The position numbers and the translations under genes were made by a program. Under the pieces are notes generated by a model. It did no database searches. It was given only the letters and a program-made list of their open reading frames with translations, and was not told the origin of the DNA. Source: a virus (taxonomy: Duplodnaviria > Caudoviricetes). From it: a stretch of DNA of 64,000 nucleotides. Each line of letters starts with the position of its first letter. Within the stretch, counting starts at the first letter, position 1. Positions 9,020 to 17,413 of this stretch are shown one piece after another. The DNA lies in IMG/VR virus record IMGVR_UViG_3300033121_000370, positions 1 to 64,000 of that record; one strand, written 5' to 3'.

Positions 9020-11083
9020 TTACCAGTAAAATCTCTGTTTGGATACCCGAGCTTGGCGTTCATCTTCCAGTTCCTCAAGGGATACTTCCCCCTCGTAGTT
9101 CAAATAGTGGGAATCTCTCAGCCAGATAACAGCCTGGCTCATTGCGTCCACCTGGTCATCCTTATCAGTTTTCTTGCCCCCAAAGGCTTGGCACTCGTCT
9201 ATGAAGTCTTGGCACCAGATGAGGTGCATAGGCATATAGATACGCTCATCTTCAATGAAGGGCGTAGCGGAAATTACCCTGGTCAGCTTGTCTTTGTCTG
9301 GAGAGTACTCAACCACAAAGTAACCTCTGCGCCTGAGGTCCTGGATAAGACTCTGGCCTGAGGCTTTCTTCTCGATTAGCCAGGTATCTGGTACGTGGTC
9401 ATCCTCTACTTCCTGGCAGTGCTTGATAAGCTCCGGGTATTCCCATTTACCCCGGTGCTGGTCCAGGAGTACCAAACATTTGATGTCCCGTTCCGTGCCT
9501 TCCGAGTCTACCCGGCGTTGGTTAAATACGCCCCATACCTGTATAACTGAATGGTCGGCGTGGGTAGAAGTACTAAAGGCTGTATCGAGCGAGGCAATTA
9601 CGTGCTCAATCTCGCCTTTGCCATTCTTACCCCAATCCTGGAAGTGCTCAGTCTTGATAATGTTGCCATCCAAGGCAATGGGCTCTTGCTGGTACGTGGC
9701 AAGCCAATGGCTACGAGGCATACCTGTTTGCATACGCTTAACAGTATCAGTGTCGTAGAACTCAGGCCAGTAGGACTCCCCTTCAACTCCACCAAGCATC
9801 TTGGCGGCGGCCTTGTCAAGGAGGGCAGGGACCTTTACTACCTTCCACTGGCTAAGCGTAGGATTGGACTCTGCTCTATCCAAGAGCCAGCCAGCAGGGT
9901 CAAAGCAGTTATGGACTAACACTCCACCAGCTGTGAAACGGGCTGGCTCGGTTGTTAAGTCAAAGACAGAACCTGAGTACCCTTCTTCGTGGATGTAGTT
10001 TACCTTGTAAAGAAGTTTATCCCCATCAACTCGGATATACTTGCTATTTGCCCCCTTAAACTCGTAAGCTTTGTAGCCCCAATCACTGGGCCAGATGGGA
10101 GCAAACTTAATCTCATAGGCACCTATCTCGTTATCTGTTATAGCTACACCACTAGGGTGATTAAAGCGACTAGCTAGTAAAAGCTGTATCTGGTTCAAGA
10201 GTGTTAGGGATACTGAAGTTATTGTTGCCCAGTTCTCTTTTCCTTTGTTACACCCATCCCCCTGGTAGTACCCAAAGAGAAACTCCATCTGGTAACCTCG
10301 CGGTATGTGGAAGAACCAGCTTGGTAACTCCTTGTGGTGGGCTAGCTCTTTGAAGTTATTTCCTAGAAAGGAAGCTAGTTGGACTGATGAGCAACGGATT
10401 TTGACACCCCGGCCTAACTTCATAGGTGAAAGAACCGATGGTATGTTATATCTGTCTAAGGTTCTCATCACTATATCGTGGAGTTCCAGCTCATCTTGGT
10501 GGAAAGCCCAGTCGATGCGATTTCTACTTCTACCTTTGCCGCCTGAAGAAAGACATCCTTCAGCAACCCAAAGGCCAACAAGCCGCCAAAAGTCTTTATC
10601 CAGCAGGGGATTACGGCTAAACTCCTGGTTATTGGAACTTTGAAGGCCATATAGGAGGGTATACTGGTACACAGCTCCTTTAGTCTTAAGCCCCACTTTT
10701 CCTGCTATTTCCTGGTACGTCAGGCCTAGGCCTAGTAACTCCTGGAGTAGTTCTTTAGAGACTTTTCCTTTACCCCCGGTTAGCGAGGGGGGTGTTATTC
10801 TTTCCCTCATCTCAAACTTAGGCCATTTTGCCAGGAACTCTTCCTCAGTCAAATCTGGCTTGTCCAGGATGTAACCAAACGTCTTAAATCCCCAGTCTGA
10901 CGTGGACAACTCAGAGGCCTTCTTAAAGGTGTGTTTTTCCTCGTTGTGGGGGTCAGTGGGGTCAATGGTCAGAACTTGGTGGTCTGGGGTTACCTTTAAC
11001 TCAGTAGGGGAGCCAAAGAATCTAATGTGTAGGACTTCACCTGAGAAAGGTGTTTCTTCTAGGCGTGAGCTCGTACTTAGCAA
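9020..11083 (-). CDS. terL: terminase large subunit C-part: intein C-fragment with LAGLIDADG endonuclease, then nuclease domain
   Basis: TTG start; intein block B VTPDH; ends VHN|C; extein has YQQEP, SLDTAF, IEKKASGQSLIQ, DDQVDAMSQA. Confidence 0.9.
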   Translation of the reverse strand: MLSTSSRLEETPFSGEVLHIRFFGSPTELKVTPDHQVLTIDPTDPHNEEKHTFKKASELSTSDWGFKTFGYILDKPDLTEEEFLAKWPKFEMRERITPPSLTGGKGKVSKELLQELLGLGLTYQEIAGKVGLKTKGAVYQYTLLYGLQSSNNQEFSRNPLLDKDFWRLVGLWVAEGCLSSGGKGRSRNRIDWAFHQDELELHDIVMRTLDRYNIPSVLSPMKLGRGVKIRCSSVQLASFLGNNFKELAHHKELPSWFFHIPRGYQMEFLFGYYQGDGCNKGKENWATITSVSLTLLNQIQLLLASRFNHPSGVAITDNEIGAYEIKFAPIWPSDWGYKAYEFKGANSKYIRVDGDKLLYKVNYIHEEGYSGSVFDLTTEPARFTAGGVLVHNCFDPAGWLLDRAESNPTLSQWKVVKVPALLDKAAAKMLGGVEGESYWPEFYDTDTVKRMQTGMPRSHWLATYQQEPIALDGNIIKTEHFQDWGKNGKGEIEHVIASLDTAFSTSTHADHSVIQVWGVFNQRRVDSEGTERDIKCLVLLDQHRGKWEYPELIKHCQEVEDDHVPDTWLIEKKASGQSLIQDLRRRGYFVVEYSPDKDKLTRVISATPFIEDERIYMPMHLIWCQDFIDECQAFGGKKTDKDDQVDAMSQAVIWLRDSHYLNYEGEVSLEELEDERQARVSKQRFYW
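9908..11083 (-). mobile_element. TerL intein C-fragment (392 aa) with LAGLIDADG domain
   Basis: LVGLWVAEG and FLFGYYQGDG motifs; DLTT..FTAGGVLVHN followed by Cys. Confidence 0.9.
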
Positions 11084-11838
11084 TTTACCAGGTCTTCCTT
11101 AGGGAGAATGTCTTTAATGGGCTTTAGTAACCCATATTCTAATTCTACCATAGTTTCCGGTAATAAGCAATTCCAGCGGGTATTTATGAGTACAATCTTG
11201 CCCTTAGGCAGGATACGGGACTCAAAACCGCGGGGCCACCACTTGTGTACCTTCTCATTCTCTGGTTTGGAGTCAGCATTTTGCTCAGAAATCAAATCAT
11301 CGCATATCCCAAAGTTTCCTCGCTTACCGGCAATAGCGCCCCCTACACCAGCCGAGCGATATATGCCCTTCTGTTTGGTACGCCAGTGCTCTCGAGCCTG
11401 GTAGTTCTCATCCAGGCTGAGATTAGGGAATATTTCCTTGTATTCATCCAGGCACATCAAGTCCCGGATGTCAGCGCCAAAGGAGGCCGTAAAGTCTGCC
11501 GAGTGGCCTACGTGCAGAATCTGCCAGTCAGGCCTCTGGCCGAAGACCCAGGCAGGAAAAAGAATAGAACCTAGCCGAGACTTCATGGCCCCTGGAGGAA
11601 GGAAAATCATGACTCGGGCATTATCAGTCCTGTAAGCCCACTCAAGCGTGTCAGCTACCAGTTTTATGTGTTTGCCGTCTATAAACCCAGGGATGATTAC
11701 CGGGGCCATGAGCTGCACAAAGGTGTAGAAGCTGGAGCGAGCCTTAATAAGCAGAATATCCCGAAGCTCCTGGCGTACACGAAGGTCGTGCTCCAGCTGA
11801 GCCTCGATATTCATGCCTATAGTAGTCTTAGGGGGCAT
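11077..11838 (-). CDS. terL: terminase large subunit N-part (ATPase) ending in a 30-aa intein N-fragment
   Basis: FLPPGAMKS Walker A-like, ICDDL Walker B, NTRWN then CLLPET..; TAA at 11079-11077. Confidence 0.9.
   Translation of the reverse strand: MPPKTTIGMNIEAQLEHDLRVRQELRDILLIKARSSFYTFVQLMAPVIIPGFIDGKHIKLVADTLEWAYRTDNARVMIFLPPGAMKSRLGSILFPAWVFGQRPDWQILHVGHSADFTASFGADIRDLMCLDEYKEIFPNLSLDENYQAREHWRTKQKGIYRSAGVGGAIAGKRGNFGICDDLISEQNADSKPENEKVHKWWPRGFESRILPKGKIVLINTRWNCLLPETMVELEYGLLKPIKDILPKEDLVNC
11080..11169 (-). mobile_element. TerL intein N-fragment (30 aa)
   Basis: CLLPETMVELEYGLLKPIKDILPKEDLVNC is an intein block A. Confidence 0.85.
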
Positions 11839-11853
11839 GGCGAAATGAGGTGT

Positions 11854-12450
11854 TTAGTTAGGCTTGACAGATGAGGGGCTAGAAGTCTTGGATAGAAGGC
11901 TCTGGAAGCGACTAATGTCGTCCTTGACCTCCATAGGCTTGTCGCCAGAAAGGTGGCTCTGGGAGGCCTCTGGGCTAAGCGCAGAGGCATTCTTGCGGCT
12001 CTCGGGAGTCATACCCTTAAAGGAGCCCAAAAAGCTAACAGCTTGCATGGCAGCCTTAAGGTCATCCCGTTCACAGCCCAAGTCAAATATCTTACGGGCC
12101 TTCTCGATAACCTCGTCGATGCTAAGGACCGAGCGTACAAGCCCCAAGCTCTTAATTCGCTCCATGTAAAGGCGTGCATCGGGGGTCTTCAGGCAATTAC
12201 GGTAACGCTGAACAGACGTAGGATGGGTACCTAAGTTAGCTTGGGTAAGAGCCTTGGCTATGTCATTGGTCATGGCATATTGCTCTAGAAAAGCTCTTTG
12301 CTTAGGAGTAAGCCTTAGAGCAGCCTCTTCAGCTACTTCTGTGTAGGTAGTTACCTTAGAGCTCAAGTCATGTAGCTCTTGGTACTTTTTGTCCGAAGCT
12401 AGAGCTTCTAGAACTTCTTCAGAGGATATTTTATTAGTTGGCCGGGCCAT
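11854..12450 (-). CDS. terS: terminase small subunit (probable)
   Basis: LTPKQRAFLEQY HTH-like start, KAAMQAVSFLG; immediately upstream of terL. Confidence 0.7.
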   Translation of the reverse strand: MARPTNKISSEEVLEALASDKKYQELHDLSSKVTTYTEVAEEAALRLTPKQRAFLEQYAMTNDIAKALTQANLGTHPTSVQRYRNCLKTPDARLYMERIKSLGLVRSVLSIDEVIEKARKIFDLGCERDDLKAAMQAVSFLGSFKGMTPESRKNASALSPEASQSHLSGDKPMEVKDDISRFQSLLSKTSSPSSVKPN

Positions 12451-12699
12451 ATGAAGGGGATTACCTAAGTGAGTGGAGAAAAAGAAAGAGGGGAGTTGGG
12501 TAACTCGGTATTTACAACAAACAAACTTCCCGAAGGGAGCAAATACGTTGAAAGAACCGAGTTGGAAGCTTAAGCAGCCTAAAGGCTCTTAGGGGATTAC
12601 AACTAGATTCATATCTAGTATATCACCTAGAGAGTAATTACACAAAACAAATGTTTTTGGGGATTTTTAGCTTGCTTAGTTAATACTTTAGTTAGCTAA

Positions 12700-12820
12700 G
12701 GTTTAACCTAGCTCTTTGGTTTCTAACTATCTAGCGTTTCATCTAGCATTTTTTACTAGCAAATTTTATCTAGCGTTATCTTATTTGAGCAAATGTTTTA
12801 CTAAGCATTGCATAAGCATT
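12700..12820. repeat. degenerate short repeats (C/T)TAGC(A/G)TT with about 14-16 bp period
   Basis: atctagcgttt, atctagcattt, actagcaaat, atctagcgtt, ctaagcatt, ataagcatt. Confidence 0.5.
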
Positions 12821-12847
12821 ATACCATGAGTTGTTCAAGAAAAGCAA
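12818..12847 (-). promoter_or_regulatory. late promoter upstream of terS
   Basis: TTGCTT-N18-TATAAT with extended TG. Confidence 0.55.
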
Positions 12848-12901
12848 ATATTCTTATGCGGCTAATTGTCGCAGGGGATATTCTTTAACTAAGTCGTTAA
12901 A

Positions 12902-12972
12902 GGGGCGTAAGCTCCGCCTACGGGAGTTTTCTAGCTAAGCCTATGTATTTGCTAAAGAAGCGTTCGCTTCGC
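12902..12972 (+). repeat. two copies of a 16-bp GGRGCGTWMGYTCCGC-like motif
   Basis: GGGGCGTAAGCTCCGC at 12902 and GAAGCGTTCGCTTCGC at 12957; other copies at 5662, 53233, 63932. Confidence 0.6.
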
Positions 12973-13088
12973 TCTCTAAATATTTTTATATATATACCCG
13001 GCTAAAGGAACAAAAGCTACACGGAGTAAATATCTTAGGGTAAAGCTAGGGCCAACTTTCTAAATTTCATAGCGGTGTCAGAGGGGCT

Positions 13089-13128
13089 CCCCCCTACCCC
13101 CAAGCTCACTTCGTTTTCCCCCTCCCCC
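13089..13128 (-). other. four G5-6 tracts (G-quadruplex-compatible)
   Basis: plus-strand C runs at 13089-94, 13097-101, 13118-22, 13124-28. Confidence 0.5.
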
Positions 13129-13272
13129 TCCTCCGCAAATGCCTGTGCAGCTGCTCAGTTGTACACTTGCACACATGAACAGATGCTCAGTTGAACACTT
13201 GAATACCTATTCATGTATGCACTTGCTCACATATCCAAGTATACATATAGTCAAACGTAGTAATGCTGAGCA

Positions 13273-13342
13273 ATGTTCAGTGAACAGTGCTAAGTGAATA
13301 CTGTTTAGTGAACAATGTTTATTGAGCAATGCTCAGTGAACA
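13273..13342. repeat. five tandem 14-bp near-palindromic units (TGYTCA-G-TGARCA)
   Basis: ATGTTCAGTGAACA, GTGCTAAGTGAATA, CTGTTTAGTGAACA, ATGTTTATTGAGCA, ATGCTCAGTGAACA. Confidence 0.8.
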
Positions 13343-13598
13343 GGGTTTATTACTTGGCTGTAACAATGTGTAACAATTGCGTGATGTCTAGGGGGGCTGT
13401 AAACACTAGGCAAAAATTGCCTAGCTACGTATCCCCGACAATAACCAAGCATTTACAAAGACTTACAGAACAAAGCAACTAACACAAGCCTTGCTAGGTG
13501 CAACACACCAGCACCACTAGGCCTAGATAATCCGATTAAACCCGCAATTAAATTACCTTCTAAGTCCTATTAACGCAAGATAATAAGCCAGATTAGCC

Positions 13599-13627
13599 TT
13601 GCATGCAGAGGGGAGAGGGATTATAGT
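13599..13627 (+). promoter_or_regulatory. early sigma70-like promoter
   Basis: TTGCAT-N17-TATAGT. Confidence 0.6.
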
Positions 13628-13776
13628 CTAACACATAGGGCGGCAGGATGCTCCCCTAGCCAAGGTGAAGAGCCTAGGCGCTACAAACTGAGAGGCTATT
13701 AGTCCCGGCCTATGCACAAGGGGATTAACCAAGAAGGTTAAGCCGGGATAGGCCTAACCGAGAGAGAGGGGTTAAC

Positions 13777-14580
13777 ATGCCTAAAGTAAAGCTGAGACGC
13801 TTGGACTATGCCACAAGGCAAGAGTTCCGGCAAGCCATTCATAATCAATGGACGCGTAAACGTAAAGCCTCCAAGGCTATTACCTTGGAAGCAAGCCGGG
13901 CATGTGGTGAGTTGATGCAAGGTCGCCAGATAGCCAAGAGCTATGAAGACCTTGAAAATACGGTTTTGAAAGCATTTGAGGCAAACACAACTGAGCGCAA
14001 GAACTCGGCGCGCTTGCCTCTGCCCGAAAAGCAAGATAAAGCCAAGCCTAGGGTAGAGTTTACTCCTGACCAGTTGCGCCTGCTCAATGCTGAGGAACTG
14101 GCAATCATCCATGAAGCTAGAGCGAAAGCCAGCTTTAAGGCTAATCCTTACAGGCCCTTGAACAAGCTGAAGATTGACAGGGAACGTGCCTATCTGGAGC
14201 CGGAGGATTACTCGCCTATTAATCCCCTTGAGCAAAAGGCAAGGGATAACAAGAGGTTATCACATGGGCAATCCCGTATCTATCGGGAGCGTATTACCCA
14301 GGAAGAGCATGCCCTTAACCAAGTTAACCAAGTTAACCAAGAGGCAGAGCTGAAGCGGGATAAGAACTTGCCGGACTACGTAGACTTACGTATCAGGCAA
14401 GCTGAAGCCAAAGAGAAGGAAGAGCTGAAGCGCAAGGAAAGAATGGAACTGCGCTTGCTAGCCGCAAAGTATAACTTATCCCTGAACAAAGACAGGAAGG
14501 CTCTTGAAAAGATTTACCTTTCTGAGCATGAGTCTTCCCTTAGACTTGAGCGAGAGAAATCCCTAGGCAATGTGGGATAG
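13777..14580 (+). CDS. early hypothetical protein (basic, helical)
   Basis: 267-aa ORF with a GAGAGGGG RBS; first gene after the early promoter. Confidence 0.65.
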   Translation: MPKVKLRRLDYATRQEFRQAIHNQWTRKRKASKAITLEASRACGELMQGRQIAKSYEDLENTVLKAFEANTTERKNSARLPLPEKQDKAKPRVEFTPDQLRLLNAEELAIIHEARAKASFKANPYRPLNKLKIDRERAYLEPEDYSPINPLEQKARDNKRLSHGQSRIYRERITQEEHALNQVNQVNQEAELKRDKNLPDYVDLRIRQAEAKEKEELKRKERMELRLLAAKYNLSLNKDRKALEKIYLSEHESSLRLEREKSLGNVG

Positions 14581-14627
14581 TAACATTGCGGAAGATGTCT
14601 TAACCTTTACCAATGGAGGAACTAAAC

Positions 14628-15098
14628 ATGTCTAAGGACCGTTACGGATTGGCTAAACTTAGCCTTGATGAAATTACCTTGCTTAACCAAGCTACCAATG
14701 GACGGGCTGGAAGTCCCGCGCCTGGCGTAGCTACACCTGAGCCGGAAAAGAAGCCGGAAGAGCGGCCGCGCGCCAGATGGGACGCGGTTAACAAGGTGTG
14801 GAATACACGACTCACTCCGAAAGTCAGTGATAAATATGTCACTGTCGTTTCTACCTTACTGCGGAAGGTAGCTGTCTCGGATTTGTCAGTCGCTCAGGAT
14901 ACTGTTGCCGCAGCGATTGCGGAAGAACATGCAAGCCTTGGAGCATACAACACACAAGTCTATTTCTGTGGGGACAAGGGCGGGACTGGAGCCGAAGTTG
15001 CGCAAGCCAAGGCCGAAGTTGCGCAAGCCAAAGCCGAAGCCGCTGAATTGAAAGCGCAAGTTGCTGAACTTATGGCACTGTTGAAAGCTAAAGCCTAA
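14628..15098 (+). CDS. early hypothetical protein with C-terminal coiled coil
   Basis: GGAGG RBS before ATG 14628; AEVAQAK heptad duplicated at the DNA level. Confidence 0.65.
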   Translation: MSKDRYGLAKLSLDEITLLNQATNGRAGSPAPGVATPEPEKKPEERPRARWDAVNKVWNTRLTPKVSDKYVTVVSTLLRKVAVSDLSVAQDTVAAAIAEEHASLGAYNTQVYFCGDKGGTGAEVAQAKAEVAQAKAEAAELKAQVAELMALLKAKA

Positions 15099-15127
15099 CC
15101 TAGCCTTACCTAGTTACCCTGCTATAA

Positions 15128-15211
15128 CCCTGCCCGGCGGTTGACCCCGCTTGGCAGGGCTTTAGGCTTTCCTTAGTATCTTCACAGCTAAAGGGTACTA
15201 AGAAAAGCCTA
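15128..15211 (+). other. two intergenic hairpins, the second about 20 bp long (processing or termination site)
   Basis: CCCTGCC/GGCAGGG; TAGGCTTTCCTTAGTATCTT pairs with AAGGGTACTAAGAAAAGCCTA. Confidence 0.5.
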
Positions 15212-15286
15212 AGCTTTTTCTGCATAGGGATAACCTATCATCGCTTAGCGTTAGCTCTTAGTGCCTCTAAAAAGGAGTGGCTACCT

Positions 15287-15598
15287 ATGGTTGGATTCTA
15301 CCTTGATGATACACGGGAGCCGCCTAACAACGGGGAGTGGGTTGTAGCTCGTAACTTCGAGGAAGCTATCCTAGCCTATGCCCGGAATCGCTTAGTCATA
15401 TCTACCCTGAGCCTTGACCATGACTTAGGGGAAATAGCTACAGGCTTGGACTTTCTAAGGTGGTTAGAACGTAACTACCCGAATGATTTGCTGGATAAAG
15501 CTATCATAGTGCACTCAGCTAATCCTGTAGGTAAAGCTAGGATGCAGAACTTCATCAGTGACTTTATCAGGAGTAACCCATATGGATACACCACTTAA
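15287..15598 (+). CDS. cyclic-phosphate-processing receiver (cREC) domain protein
   Basis: FYLDDTREPP, SLDHDLG, VHSANPVG motifs. Confidence 0.8.
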   Translation: MVGFYLDDTREPPNNGEWVVARNFEEAILAYARNRLVISTLSLDHDLGEIATGLDFLRWLERNYPNDLLDKAIIVHSANPVGKARMQNFISDFIRSNPYGYTT

Positions 15599-15785
15599 AG
15601 TTTCAGTAGTTATATCCGTAGCTACTGTAATATTCCTGGGATGGGCAGCTGTAGATGCTATAGCTAAGCTACCCCAGCCTACCGCCTCAGCTCCTACCTC
15701 TATCCAGGAGTGCTGGGACAAGCCTCTGGTCCCGAACGATAAAATCCTTGAGGTTCAATCTCTTATGGAGGCTTTGCTCAAATGA
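15582..15785 (+). CDS. small membrane protein
   Basis: AGGAGTAAC RBS; hydrophobic VSVVISVATVIFLGWAAV. Confidence 0.55.
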   Translation: MDTPLKVSVVISVATVIFLGWAAVDAIAKLPQPTASAPTSIQECWDKPLVPNDKILEVQSLMEALLK

Positions 15786-16033
15786 TACATCACACTCCAC
15801 TTAGCCTACCGGCCAACACCCCATTCAGGTTTATACCTTTGCCCGGAGCTACCGAGCCTTGGACAGCTTCTACCTTCTGCATCGACGGGGTAGGTGAGCT
15901 GTATGTATTCGATGAGGCTGGCTTGCCCCAGTCCAACACTAGCCACTACAACGAGCTAAATGAATTCTGGCAGTATCTCGGGGTATTCCTTACCCTTGGG
16001 CTGCCCGAGTGTTTTGAAGCTGAGAGTGAGTAA
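15782..16033 (+). CDS. hypothetical protein
   Basis: ATGA-coupled to the previous gene. Confidence 0.5.
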   Translation: MIHHTPLSLPANTPFRFIPLPGATEPWTASTFCIDGVGELYVFDEAGLPQSNTSHYNELNEFWQYLGVFLTLGLPECFEAESE

Positions 16034-16054
16034 AGCGAAGAGGAGTAACTTAGT

Positions 16055-16336
16055 ATGATGCAGCAGAACAACGCCTTTAGTCGCTTGGTAGGAGAGCCCT
16101 ACCTGGCCCGTATGACTGTGGATAACTTGGCAAAGTTTGCCCGAGACTGTATCCGTAACAACCGTAGGGTAGGTTCTACCTATCTGGCCAGGTACGCTCG
16201 GAATTCCTATCACAATGCCGAGCTGTTCTATGCGTCTGATGCCAAGGCTATTCAGATGCTGCTTAACTACAGCCAGACGTGTAGCCTACGTATCCCAGCC
16301 CCAGCCGTAGTTGTTGAAGGGGCTGTAGCAGCTTAA
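16055..16336 (+). CDS. hypothetical protein
   Basis: AGGAGTAAC RBS. Confidence 0.55.
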   Translation: MMQQNNAFSRLVGEPYLARMTVDNLAKFARDCIRNNRRVGSTYLARYARNSYHNAELFYASDAKAIQMLLNYSQTCSLRIPAPAVVVEGAVAA

Positions 16337-16363
16337 CCCTAGAAAGAGGGGGAGAAAGAGAAC

Positions 16364-16654
16364 ATGCCTACTACCGAAAAACCCCCTGTTGTAGTACACA
16401 CCTTCACTACCTTATCCCTTAGCGATACCAAAGCGTACCTAGAGAGTATCGTGGGCCGCGAGCACTCCGGCTGGGCAGACATAATCTCCAAAGCTGAGAG
16501 CCTTGCATATGAAGGCCACAAAGTAGCAATCTCCTACACTATCTCTGGTACTGAAGAATTAGTTAACCAAGAAGATGAGGTATTCGAGGTCTTACTCAAG
16601 CGTGAGTTTGGCCTAAAAGATGGGGATGAAATCCTTTTTGTAGATGTAGCCTAG
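16364..16654 (+). CDS. hypothetical protein
   Basis: GGAG RBS, 96 aa. Confidence 0.55.
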   Translation: MPTTEKPPVVVHTFTTLSLSDTKAYLESIVGREHSGWADIISKAESLAYEGHKVAISYTISGTEELVNQEDEVFEVLLKREFGLKDGDEILFVDVA

Positions 16655-16669
16655 AACAGTTAAACCATT

Positions 16670-16866
16670 ACAGGTGGTGTGGAGCAGTGGTAGCTCCACT
16701 CTGGCGGACGAAGCCCTAGCGTTACCGGGAAACCGGCCCGCCTAAGCGGGTTAAGTACTCTTATGTCACCTTCAGACCACTGAGAGTACTGAGTTAGGAA
16801 GCAGTCAGAAATATCGGAGTTTGAAGGCCCGACCAGTTATCCTTATAAGACCGACTGGCCACCTGT
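16670..16866 (+). ncRNA. candidate 197-nt multibranch structured RNA with a tRNA-like 5' end
   Basis: closing stem ACAGGTGG/CCACCTGT; D-arm GAGC-AGTGGTA-GCTC; CCGG-GAAA-CCGG; CCCGC/GCGGG; AGTACTCT/AGAGTACT; CAGTC/GACTG. Confidence 0.6.
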
Positions 16867-16897
16867 TCTATTACCCTCTAACTAGGAGTAACCTACT

Positions 16898-17407
16898 ATG
16901 GAATACATTAGGTACACATCGAGAGATGTAATGCTCGCTGCCCAAGCTAGCGGTATCTTCGACGAGGACTGCGAATTTAAGCTAGGAGAGTTTTACCCTG
17001 AAAGAGCCCCCGTTGACCTGTGCTCGAGCCCTAAAGGAGCTCGAGCCCTACAAGAGTTTCTTGGTGAGATGCTCGAGCTAGTAGAAGGGGGTACCTATGG
17101 TGAAGACCCAGTTACCTTACTACCAGTTATGGATGAGTTTGGGAATAGAGTAGAGCACTACCGAGCTGTTCTGTACGTGGAAGGTCTTCAGTTCCTGGTT
17201 AGCCCTAAGAAAGCTCTAGACATGGTTTGGTCCAGCGCCACAAGAATGGCCACATGTAACCGTATCTACGACAATTATAATCACCCACTCAGTCTAGAAG
17301 AGGAACTCTCTAGTAAGGCCTTCAACCTGTTAAAAGAGCTCCGTAAGTTGAAGCTTAGGTACCTCCCGGAGGATAGACAGTTAGCCTTAACAAAAGAGCA
17401 GGAGTAA
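16898..17407 (+). CDS. hypothetical protein
   Basis: AGGAGTAACCTACTATG RBS, identical to that of rtcB. Confidence 0.6.
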   Translation: MEYIRYTSRDVMLAAQASGIFDEDCEFKLGEFYPERAPVDLCSSPKGARALQEFLGEMLELVEGGTYGEDPVTLLPVMDEFGNRVEHYRAVLYVEGLQFLVSPKKALDMVWSSATRMATCNRIYDNYNHPLSLEEELSSKAFNLLKELRKLKLRYLPEDRQLALTKEQE

Positions 17408-17413
17408 CCTACT

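Noticed and set aside
11077-11100. Programmed -1 frameshift joining the TerL halves
   Set aside because: No X-XXY-YYZ heptamer in the 18-nt window open in both frames; split intein or sequencing error fit better
13273-13342. Possible CRISPR array
   Set aside because: Units are 14 bp and contiguous, with no spacers and no cas genes; the Cas4-like exonuclease sits in the replication module
13738-14235. 165-aa minus-strand ORF
   Set aside because: Antisense shadow of 13777..14580, which has the RBS and promoter
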